Position numbers and translations under genes: made by a program
Notes under the pieces: generated by a model
The model's input: only the letters and a program-made list of their open reading frames with translations
What the model was told of the DNA's origin: nothing
Databases searched by the model: none
NCBI GenBank assembly: GCA_040386695.1
Contig: JAZKFB010000004.1
Coordinates: 65,742 to 129,741, forward strand
DNA: 64,000 bases
Source of the DNA: Verrucomicrobiota bacterium
GTDB taxonomy: Bacteria > Verrucomicrobiota > Verrucomicrobiia > Verrucomicrobiales > V1-33
Direction of reading: 5' to 3'
Part shown: piece by piece, positions 25,801 through 33,600 of the stretch
Layout of the letters: every line of letters starts with the position of its first letter
How positions within the stretch are numbered: position 1 is the first letter of the stretch

Positions 25801-27165
25801 GCTCTTACCCTGGAGCAGGTCCGCAAGCACCAAAGCATCGCCTGGGTGCCCGCCACCATCACGCAGGCACCACCCGCCACCGCCACCGCTCTGGAAGCGG
25901 GGAACCTGACCCTCACCGCGCAGGTGAGCGGCTTCCCCAATACCTACCAGTGGATGAAAAACGGCGTCGCCCTGGAAGTGGATGCCGCCCATTACCCGCA
26001 GGGAGTGACCTCCCCCTCGCTGGTCATCGCCGGCGTCGTCCAGGCGGACGGCGGAGCTTACCAGCTGGTGATCACGAACCCTCTGGGCAACCAGAGCACC
26101 GCAAATACCACGGTCACTTTCGCTGCGGACACCAGCCCTCCCTCAGTGGCCTATGCCACAGGTGATGGCAGTCTGCGCCGGGTGCGGGTGGGTTTTAACC
26201 GTGCGGTCACCCCCGAAACCGCCGGTCTCGCCGCCAACTACACCCTGACCGGCGGCCTCAAGGTCAGCAGCGTGGTTTTGACGGCCGGGGCCTCCGTGGT
26301 GGATCTGATCCTGACCAGTCCCATGACTCCCGGCGCCACCTATGGTCTGAGTGTCAGCGGTGTCAGAGATGAGCGCATCAACCATAATCTCATCGCGGCC
26401 AACCTCACCCCATTCAGCGGTCTGAGTCTCACTCCGGGAGTTCTCTCTCTTGATTTCTATGGAGGTATCACAGGGAACAACGTGGAGGATCTGAAAGGCG
26501 ACACCCAGTTCCCGGACGGGGTTTACACCAGCACCACGCTGACCAGCTTCAGCACCCGGGCACTGACCGGCGGGGACCTGGCCACTAATCCGGCCTACGC
26601 CGCCCTCGGCCTGGGTGGCAACTACGGCACTCATGTTTACGGCTGGATCACACCGGCGGTGAGCGGGAACTATACCTTCTTCCTCAACAGCGATGACGGC
26701 TCGGAACTCAATCTGAGCACCGACAGCAATCCCGCGAACGCTGATATGATCGCCTACATGTCGGTGTGCTGCACAGGCTGGAAGGAACCGGCGGCGAGCG
26801 TGGTGGAGACCTCCTCCCCCATCGCTCTGGTGGCCGGGAAAAGCTATTACATCGAAGCTTACCAGAAGGAAGGCGGCGGCGGCGATTACCTCGAAGTCGC
26901 CTGGCGCCTCGCGGGCGACACCACCGCGGTGGGCGCGCTTCAGCCCATTCCGGCCAGCGTCCTCTCCGGCTATGCCACCATCCCGCTGGTCGGAATGGGG
27001 CAGCCCGTGGTGGCCAATGGCCAAGTGGCCATTACCTGGGGTGGAACGGGCAAACTGCAGCAGTCCGACGATCTGATTATCTGGGCCGACGTGTCCGGCA
27101 ATCCCGTCAGCCCTTATGTGAGCCCAGTCGCCGGACGCAGGTTCTACCGCCTGGCTGTCCCCTGA
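22843..27165 (+). CDS. giant secreted adhesin-like protein (LamG-like x3, Ig-like repeats, Big-like, PA14-like, C-terminal FYRL module)
   Basis: 1440 aa. LamG-type signatures (WMHVAAVNDNGSVTFYVNG, WDHVVITWNGSDTARLYVNG). Ig-like YQW/YKW repeats. PA14-like segment (GNYTFFLNSDDGSELNLS...YYIEAYQKEGGGGDYLEVAWR). An alternative ATG lies at 22906. Confidence 0.85.
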   Translation: MRMIIQFGQPERNKPLIQSPVMRKVIPKFLIHRRIPESQSGLSSGAPPQAVWLAALASLAAGPLQAALTPYCWMRLGETGSVRTDSSGANRTFTSAFSTSSTGAGLGGQDSSVIVPTGVGGPLGAAGGPVSAISSRWGSLNTRTSGMWIEGPNGAVGVDQWNLPATNWVMECWLLPVENGTTKSSGSNQAIFVGAGSNNNGAQAGGLRFRIAPDLDVDGLPTGPQTIFLEDIAATQPHPLNTPESPRDPIPLRVGTPVPMDTTKWMHVAAVNDNGSVTFYVNGVASGTPVTGTSAPHGSPTIGSGPDTRLPFNGYLDEIRFSTFAPGAFTVSDLLLRPAGPAVLAQMPATLSVWEGGAAPFEVGIAYDETATYQWKLGGAPLPGATSAEYLLSSAAPANSAGVYSNAITSGGVTVTSSNATLTVVPVKTADTNFYRTSVQAEASLLAFFPVDGDTGTTVTNTKNAALNGTLAAGVSYDGRTDRSLGQRALRFKGNAGVDLPANATLEFPGGTGTIEAIVYLQPAGSQGEATLFSLADGDLSYYKVSAGLGGGSLTFTNDALEQAVTWSVPANLRNRFAHVAFTFSSVPPVAIGDPVTYAVTAYVDGESLGAKPFVSFGNNPGLPAHIGSAGLNGDELAQSPWQGTIDELAVYSTALPATTIAVHNSRFKFGTAVAPPEITTQPTGTRNLLAGGAPAFRVVSTGTAPLSYKWQRNGADISGNPTATTSTLVLNNSTAAMSGAYTVTVTNPQGSDSSDPFTVNFAAPPDTYSGFVLADNPTAYWRVNEASGTVMKDYAGGLDGTYSTTATLGTAAQASMAPDTALRLTATGTPISNATVPFTPVLNPSGAFSLECWVKPTASGDTARAVISAQNRNAGRSGYVLYQGLNAGAGWEVHLGVAESVKFIQSEVPAVAGRWDHVVITWNGSDTARLYVNGVEEATHVNATAAAAEQGPFRPNLEAPLEIGTRFGGGIPWDGTVDEIAFYNQALTLEQVRKHQSIAWVPATITQAPPATATALEAGNLTLTAQVSGFPNTYQWMKNGVALEVDAAHYPQGVTSPSLVIAGVVQADGGAYQLVITNPLGNQSTANTTVTFAADTSPPSVAYATGDGSLRRVRVGFNRAVTPETAGLAANYTLTGGLKVSSVVLTAGASVVDLILTSPMTPGATYGLSVSGVRDERINHNLIAANLTPFSGLSLTPGVLSLDFYGGITGNNVEDLKGDTQFPDGVYTSTTLTSFSTRALTGGDLATNPAYAALGLGGNYGTHVYGWITPAVSGNYTFFLNSDDGSELNLSTDSNPANADMIAYMSVCCTGWKEPAASVVETSSPIALVAGKSYYIEAYQKEGGGGDYLEVAWRLAGDTTAVGALQPIPASVLSGYATIPLVGMGQPVVANGQVAITWGGTGKLQQSDDLIIWADVSGNPVSPYVSPVAGRRFYRLAVP

Positions 27166-27195
27166 AAATCACACAACGGATCACAGCCTTCCGCA

Positions 27196-27229
27196 ACCAG
27201 CCCGCCCTGACCGGCGGGCTGGTTTTTTC
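27196..27229 (+). terminator. rho-independent terminator of the 22843..27165 gene
   Basis: 11-bp stem ACCAGCCCGCC / GGCGGGCTGGT, 6-nt loop, followed by TTTTTT. It sits 31 nt after the stop codon. Confidence 0.75.
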
Positions 27230-27456
27230 GTCTCTTCGCTTTACTGCCCCTTTCTTTCCGGAGTTCCCCCCAGGGTGACCAGGATTGGGGCCGCACCCTG
27301 CACCTGCACCTGCAACTTGCGCCGGAGGCCGGATCCGCATAGGCCGTTTCTGATGGATTGTGCAGCCAGAAGCCGAAGCTCCGGCAAAACAGGGAAAGAC
27401 CCGGTATCCGCTTGCCGCTTTCCCCTCCCTGCGGAGCTCTCAAGCCCCAAGTCGGT

Positions 27457-27510
27457 AAAAAGAAAACCCTGACGGCCGCTCCATTTGTGGAACAGCGGTC
27501 AGGGTTTTTG
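27457..27510. terminator. bidirectional terminator-like hairpin (A-run / stem / T-run)
   Basis: AAAAAGAAAA - CCCTGACGGCCGCT ... AGCGGTCAGGG - TTTTT. The stem is imperfect. It lies about 30 nt downstream of the bcp-like stop on the minus strand. Confidence 0.5.
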
Positions 27511-27536
27511 AAAATAACTTCTGCCGGTGCCGGCGC

Positions 27537-28067
27537 TCAGCTGCCTTTGATTTTGGCGACGGCCTCCAGCACTTTGGCGGTGTGGGTCGCGGGATCCACG
27601 GCGGGATCGCTCCAGACGATGTGGCCTTCCTTCACCAGAAAGGACTGGCGTTTGCTGAAGCCCAGGCGGACCATGGGGACTCCGAAACCTTTGACCAGCT
27701 TGCCCTCAGGATCAGCGAGAAGGGTGAAGGGCAGTTTGTATTTTTCCCTGAAGGCCTTCTGCGCCTCGGGCTTGTCCATGCTGACGCCGAGAATCTGAAC
27801 ACCGGTGTCCGTGATTTTGGAATATTCATCCCGCAGGCTACAGGCCTGTTTGGTGCAGCCGGGAGTATCCGCTTTGGGATAAAAATAAATCAGCGTCAGA
27901 CCTTTTTTATAAGTTGCGGCAAGGTCAAAATCCTTGCCATCCTGATCCTGCACCGTGGCCGTGGGAGCAAGAGCGCCCTGGGCGAGAGGCTCAGCGTGAC
28001 TGGAGGTCAGCATGTAGGCCGCAAAGAGGCCAATGCTGAGAACGGCGAGGAAAAGGGCTTTGAGCAT
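27537..28067 (-). CDS. bcp: Bcp-type peroxiredoxin (thiol peroxidase) with an N-terminal signal/anchor
   Basis: FYPKADTPGCTKQACSLRD matches the Bcp active-site region (E. coli FYPKAMTPGCTVQACGLRD). The N-terminus MLKALFLAVLSIGLFAAY is hydrophobic. Confidence 0.85.
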   Translation of the reverse strand: MLKALFLAVLSIGLFAAYMLTSSHAEPLAQGALAPTATVQDQDGKDFDLAATYKKGLTLIYFYPKADTPGCTKQACSLRDEYSKITDTGVQILGVSMDKPEAQKAFREKYKLPFTLLADPEGKLVKGFGVPMVRLGFSKRQSFLVKEGHIVWSDPAVDPATHTAKVLEAVAKIKGS

Positions 28068-28188
28068 ACCGGGGAATTTTAGGAAAACTTAAGGGAGGTT
28101 AATTATTTTGTCGAGAAACGTTTCCTTCATTTTCAACGGCCCCGACCCTTGATTAAATTTCCAGGAAATCAAGTCCTGTTCCATTTTC

Positions 28189-29250
28189 CTACTGCACTTC
28201 CTCACGCGAGCCGGAATAAAGCCATTTGACCACCTTTTCATCCCGGATGAGAGCGATGAGTTCCGTGGGAATGGGACCAAAAATCGCATTGTCCACAGTG
28301 CACTGCAGAGTGCCGGTCCAGAAAGTTTTGCCCTCAATCTCCTCAATGTTCAGGCTGCCCCAGGCCGTCACGCGGTCCGCCGTGGTTTCCTTGATCTCCC
28401 GGGCCTGAAGACTTTGCATCATGGCCGCGATGACGCCCTTGTCATCCACCTTCGGCCTGGGCCCGGCGGCGGCCAGCTCAGCCGCCGTGGCTCCATTGCC
28501 GCGGGACTTCAGGTCCCTGGCGCGCTGACGCTGCTTCATGACCTCCTCGGTTTTGAAAGCTTTGAATTTGTCATAAAGCATCGTCAGACTCTGCTTCAGA
28601 TCCGTGTTGGCCAGCGGCACCATGCTCCGCGAGGGATCCTCCTTGTTCCGCATCAGCACCAGCATTCCCTGCACCATGCCCACCGCGAGGGCATCGGATT
28701 TCTCAGGAAGCCTGATCTTGCCGCCGGGACCCTCAAAAGTGACCGCCACCAGTGTTTTGACCGTGCGGGGAAAAGCCCTGCTGGGGATGCTGGACCATTC
28801 CCTGGTGATTTCATCGATAGGCTTGAAGGACGGCAGCGGATAGCGGGTCTCGATTTCGTCCACGGCGGGGCCGGCCGCCGTGACGGCGGTCTCCGTGCCG
28901 GAGCCGGCCATGCCTTTATCATCCGGCGGAACTTCCGGCGGCGCGGAGGAACTGTCCGCCGTTTTCGGCTTATTTTTCCGCATGGTTTCCGCCAGCTGCG
29001 AGGCCGCGCTGGAAATATCCTTCTTCGGCGGACCTCCACTGGTTTTGGACGTGCCGGAGGACTCCCCTTTGGCGTCCACCGCCGCCTGCACAGTGGCCTC
29101 GAAGGCTTTTTTGGCGGCGGCTTTCTTGGCGCCCATCCAGTTCACCACGTCAGGATGGAGAAACCATCCCGCCGCAACGGCGAGGGCGACGACCAGAAGA
29201 TTGAAGACGATTTTCATCGGAAAAGGGGCACGGAAATTACGGGCGACCAT
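28189..29250 (-). CDS. membrane-anchored hypothetical protein
   Basis: 353 aa. N-terminal TM segment (IVFNLLVVALAVAAGWFL), then a Lys/Ala/Ser/Pro-rich linker, then a globular C-terminal half. An alternative ATG lies at 29217. Confidence 0.6.
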   Translation of the reverse strand: MVARNFRAPFPMKIVFNLLVVALAVAAGWFLHPDVVNWMGAKKAAAKKAFEATVQAAVDAKGESSGTSKTSGGPPKKDISSAASQLAETMRKNKPKTADSSSAPPEVPPDDKGMAGSGTETAVTAAGPAVDEIETRYPLPSFKPIDEITREWSSIPSRAFPRTVKTLVAVTFEGPGGKIRLPEKSDALAVGMVQGMLVLMRNKEDPSRSMVPLANTDLKQSLTMLYDKFKAFKTEEVMKQRQRARDLKSRGNGATAAELAAAGPRPKVDDKGVIAAMMQSLQAREIKETTADRVTAWGSLNIEEIEGKTFWTGTLQCTVDNAIFGPIPTELIALIRDEKVVKWLYSGSREEVQ

Positions 29251-29678
29251 TACCAGGTCCCGTCACGGAAGCAAGGCGGAACCCCTTCCTGATTCCGGAA
29301 AACCAGGCATAAAAAAACATAACGGCTCCCCACTTCCCAAACCCCTCCCCGCCAGTGAACGGGCGGTAATCCGCGCCTCCTCAAACAAGCCCGCAAGCCT
29401 GACTTCCGTGATATGCCGCAGGTCATTCTGATACCCCGGCGGCAATCGACGGCCTTGATCTGAAGATCCTGATCATGGCCCCGGGCGCATGACGGAGGAT
29501 CAGCGTCGGCGCGGGGCCAAAAGGCCCCCGCCTTTATGACTGGGCCTGAATGGCAGTGAACCATCCTTATGACAAACATGGTCCAGGCGCGGGCTTTTCA
29601 GGCGCGGCATTGCCGATCCGGCGGAGATCCCCTCCATCCCCGCTGTGGGGGAAATATCCTTTCCTCTGAGGCGGCCGA

Positions 29679-30317
29679 TCACAATTTACCTGCTTTTCTC
29701 AGCCCGCTATAATAATCCCGCGCGCTCTTGGCGCCGGGGTCCACTCCCCGCTTTACCAGCTTGCCCGTAGTCAGGTCGAACTCGCAGACGCCTTTATCGA
29801 TCAGGACCAGACGGAATCTGCCCTTTCGAATCCCATTGGGCTCCGTCTGAACTTCAGGCAGCCATTGATAGTGGCTGGTGGATTCCTCCAGGGCTTGCTT
29901 GTTCCGGATCAGTTGCCGCACCTGATATTGCCGAAGCAGCTTGCCTCCATCATAAAACGCCACGGCCAGATCGGTTTGCTTGTCCCTGTCACTGGCCCAG
30001 AGACCAAAACGGATAAAATAACGGCCATCGTCAGAGATATAACCTTGGTAAGTATACCAGCCGGAAACCCTCCAGAGTTCGCGGAAAGAGCCGTTCTCCG
30101 TCAGGGTATAAGCAACTCCCGCAGGTTGGCACGGACTGAAATTTTTCCCGCCCTCCCTCTTCCCAATATCCGGAATCATCTTGAAAAAACAGCCACCACC
30201 CGGTGAGGCAATGATGCGGGGTGTCCACTTGGCCGGTAAATCCGCCCACGAGGCGTGAGAAAGGGAAATCGTGAAAACCAGCACCCGCAAAGGAAAGGAG
30301 AGAACACAGCAGAACAT
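29679..30317 (-). CDS. secreted hypothetical protein in a lower-GC segment
   Basis: The ATG at 30317 gives a signal peptide MFCCVLSFPLRVLVFTISLSHA (the track start at 30371 is a TTG). In the overlap with ORF 30176..30616, this frame has the more GC-rich third positions. Confidence 0.55.
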   Translation of the reverse strand: MFCCVLSFPLRVLVFTISLSHASWADLPAKWTPRIIASPGGGCFFKMIPDIGKREGGKNFSPCQPAGVAYTLTENGSFRELWRVSGWYTYQGYISDDGRYFIRFGLWASDRDKQTDLAVAFYDGGKLLRQYQVRQLIRNKQALEESTSHYQWLPEVQTEPNGIRKGRFRLVLIDKGVCEFDLTTGKLVKRGVDPGAKSARDYYSGLRKAGKL

Positions 30318-30616
30318 GGACAAACGGGTGATTTTCCGGGTAGATATATCGTTGAACGGCTTTCGCCGCAATGAGATGCGGCATATGGCTCATTCTTCGC
30401 TGCTGCCAGGCTGGCCTCGGCTCCATGGACCAAACTATGCAATCCACGAAGAGCCTTCACGTCCCAGGGGAGCCTGCGCTGGGCGTGATAAGCCTTGTGC
30501 GCCTCAATAAGCCGGGCTTCCAGCGCCTCAAGGGACGGCATGGGATTGAGACGAACAACCGGCTCACGCGCAGGGTCGTTTCCTGGATCGTTCCCCGAAC
30601 TCGGAATACTCGTCAT
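30176..30616 (-). CDS. possible small ORF translationally coupled (ATGA) to the upstream giant gene; C-terminal half doubtful
   Basis: The ATG at 30616..30614 overlaps the TGA at 30615..30613 of gene 30613..34842. The first ~80 codons look coding. The remainder overlaps 29679..30317 in a frame with poor third-position GC. Confidence 0.3.
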   Translation of the reverse strand: MTSIPSSGNDPGNDPAREPVVRLNPMPSLEALEARLIEAHKAYHAQRRLPWDVKALRGLHSLVHGAEASLAAAKNEPYAASHCGESRSTIYLPGKSPVCPCSAVFSPFLCGCWFSRFPFLTPRGRIYRPSGHPASLPHRVVAVFSR

Positions 30617-33600
30617 TCACTTGGTTTGCTGGTCAGGAATTTGAGGAGTTCGAGGGCTTCGCGTTCGGGGAGGGATTCGAGGAGGCCGGGGGGCATGAGG
30701 GACTGCTCCAGCTTCTGACGTTCCCTGATGGCGGATTTGGGAATGGTGAGGGTTTCCGTGATGGTGCGGAGGGTGAGGGAATCCGGCTTGTCGGCGGCGA
30801 TGCTGCCGGAGAGGACCGTGCCGTCGGTTTTGGTGACGATGACCAGCTGGAAGTCCTCGCCGATGACGGCGTTGGGATCGACGATGTTTTCGAGGAAGTA
30901 ATCGATGCCGTTGCGCCAGGAGCCCGCGAGGTCAGGGCCGAGTTTGCGCTCCGTTCCGCCGCCCATGGTGTGGCAGGTGGCGCAGACGCGGTCGAAAACC
31001 AGCTGTCCCTTGGCGCTGTCGTAGGCCCAGAGGGGAGCTTCGCTGAAGGTCTTTTTCAGGCGGGCGATGCTGGCTTTGCCCTCGGCGCTGGACTCGTTGA
31101 ATTTGCCCCAGACTTTCTCCAGGCGGGCGTCGAGCGCGGGGTCCTTGAGGTTGCGCATCTGGCGGATGTGCAGGGTGGTCAGCTGTTTTTTGTCGAAGCC
31201 GCCGTCCTCCATGGATTTCACCAGAGCCAGGGCGTAAGTGGGGCGGCTGATGAGCGTGGCCAAAGCGGAGGCGGCATCGGCGGGTGAGAAGTCTTTCATG
31301 CCCGCGAGGAGACGGGCGGCGATGGCGGGATCGTTGGAGCGGGTCAGCTGCGGGAGGACGGCGGAGCGGAAAGCGGGGTCGTCGAGGAGTCCGGCAAAAA
31401 CGGGCAGAGCTTCGGGATCGCCGGTGCGGCGCAGTATGTCGAAGGCCGAGCGGCGTTCGGCGCGGGGCAGCGAGGCATTGGCCAGCACGGTCCTCATGCG
31501 GGCGAGCACGGCTTTGTCTCCGAAGATGGCGGAGAGCTGCTCGGTATCGGCGCGCACAGCGGCGTCCTGACTGGAGCTGAGGCGCGACTCCACGGTCGGC
31601 CAGGAGGCGGGCATGGGCAGGGAGGCTTCGGATTGCAGCGCGAAGGCGGCGATGCGCACCGCGCGCTCGGCGGCGGGAGGCGGCAGGAGGGCGAGGGTGG
31701 AAGTCAGAGCCTCGCGACCGGCGGGTGTCAGCGCGGCATACCAGCGGATGGAGTCGGCGAGGTCCGTGAGGGAAGTTTTGGAGGCGATGGCCAGGGCCTG
31801 CGGGAAGTCGGAGGCGGCGGTTTTGGCGAAGCCACTCCAGATGAGTTTGGGCAGAAAACGGTCGCTGGCATCCTCGCTGTGGGCGGAGAGGGAAGTGGTC
31901 AGCGGCCAGACATCAGCGGCCGGCAGGAAGGGAAGCGCGGAGGCCAGGGCCAGGCGGACGACGGGCGAGGGATCGGTCTTCGCCAGATTCGTCAGGGTGG
32001 CGGCATCCAGGCGCGGACTGCCGGCTTTTTCCGTGGCCAGCTGCACGGCCCAGGCGCGGACAGTTTCGGCGGGATTGGCGAGGGCTTTGGTCAGGCGGGC
32101 GGCGCTGAGGTTGCCGGTCTGGTGCAGCGACCAGAGGCCGCGCAGGGTGGTGGAGGCGTCGGCGGAATCGGCGAGAGATTCCAGGGCGGCCACGGTTTCG
32201 GCGGCGAGGGGAGCGGCGGCGGCGCGTTCCTGCAGGAGGCGGCGGGCGGTGCGGCCATACCACTGATTTTTGTGAGTCTGAAGCGCGGCGAGCTGGGCTT
32301 CGGTGGCGGAGGAAAGGTCGGCTTTCACCGGCTTATAGGTCGCCGCCCAGGACATGCGGTAAACGCGGCCATTGCTGCGGTCCCACTTTTCCTCAATGGG
32401 CGTGTGGCAGTGCTGCTGGTCGCACCAGTCGATGATGTAAACCGCGCCGTCCGGGCCGGTCTGGAGATCGACAGCGATGTAGCGCGGATCCGGCGTGTAA
32501 AGCATGTCATAACCGGCGTGCATGGTCTCGTAGCCGGAACCCTGGGGCACATTCACCTGATGATTCATCTGATGGCCGTGGAGGTTGTGGGTGAAGAGGT
32601 GGTTGCGGTAAATATCCGGCCAGTTGTCGCCCTGGTAGATGAGGGTGCCGACGTGGGAATGACCGCCATAAACAGTGGTGGTGCCCGGCTTGCCCGCGCC
32701 GCCCTCGCCGCTGTCATATTTGGCGGCGGCGGGCAGGTAGTTTTTCAGGCCGGGGGCGAAATCGGTGCCGACAGGAGAGATGTAAGGAGCGTAGTTGCCG
32801 TTCGCCTGATTCCAGAACTGTCCGCCGCGGATGACGTGGGTGGTGCCGCCGCCGCCGTAGAAACTGCGGCAGTGGGTCATGAAAAGATGACCGGCATCGT
32901 TGTAGTCGAGACCCCACTGATTGCTGCCGCCGCTGGCGAAGATTTCAAATTCCTTCCGCACGGGATGGAAGCGCCAGACCCCGGCGTTCATGAGCAGGCG
33001 CTGATTTTCGGGCGTGCCGGGTTTGCCGACGAGGGATTTGGTGAAGACGCCCTGACAGCCGTAGAGCCAGCCGTCGGGTCCCCAGGTGAAACTGTTGAGG
33101 GTCTCGTGCGTGTCCTGGTAGCCCCAGCCATCCAGGAGCACCTCGGCGGGACCATCGGGTTTGCCGTCGTGGTTTTTGTCAGGGATGAACAGCAGCTCCG
33201 GCGCGGCGCCGATGTAAACGCCGCCGAAACCGACTTCGATCCCGCTGGCGAGATTGAGTCCCTCCATGAAAACCGTGCGGGTTTCGAAGTTTCCGTCGCC
33301 GTCCCTGTCCTCCAGAATGACGATGCGGTCGCGGCCTTTGCCTTCGGGCTGCTTGTTGGGATAACTGATTCCCTCCAGCACCCAGAGCCGGGCTTTTTCA
33401 TCCATGCAGAAGGCGATGGGCTGCACGACCTCGGGCTCGGCGGCGATGAGCTGGGCCTGGAATCCGTCGGTCAGTTCCATGCCGGCCACGATTTTCTGAG
33501 CCTCGGCGTTGTTGGCCGGCGTGGGTTTGGCGGGGTTCGGGCGGAGGTGCCAGAGGACGGGGCTTTGGCTCACGCGGCTGCCGGTGGCGGCTTCGCGCTC

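Noticed and set aside
13572-27165. Diversity-generating retroelement idea for the repeated LamG/Ig domains in the secreted giants.
   Set aside because: No reverse transcriptase gene is present, and I saw no near-identical template/variable DNA repeat pair with adenine-specific differences. The repeats are ordinary diverged domain duplications.
27275-27472. 65-aa ORF (GTG start) between the two terminators.
   Set aside because: It has an Arg/Cys/Pro-rich composition, no motif, and no convincing start context. The interval is flagged only as a possible sRNA or small-gene locus.
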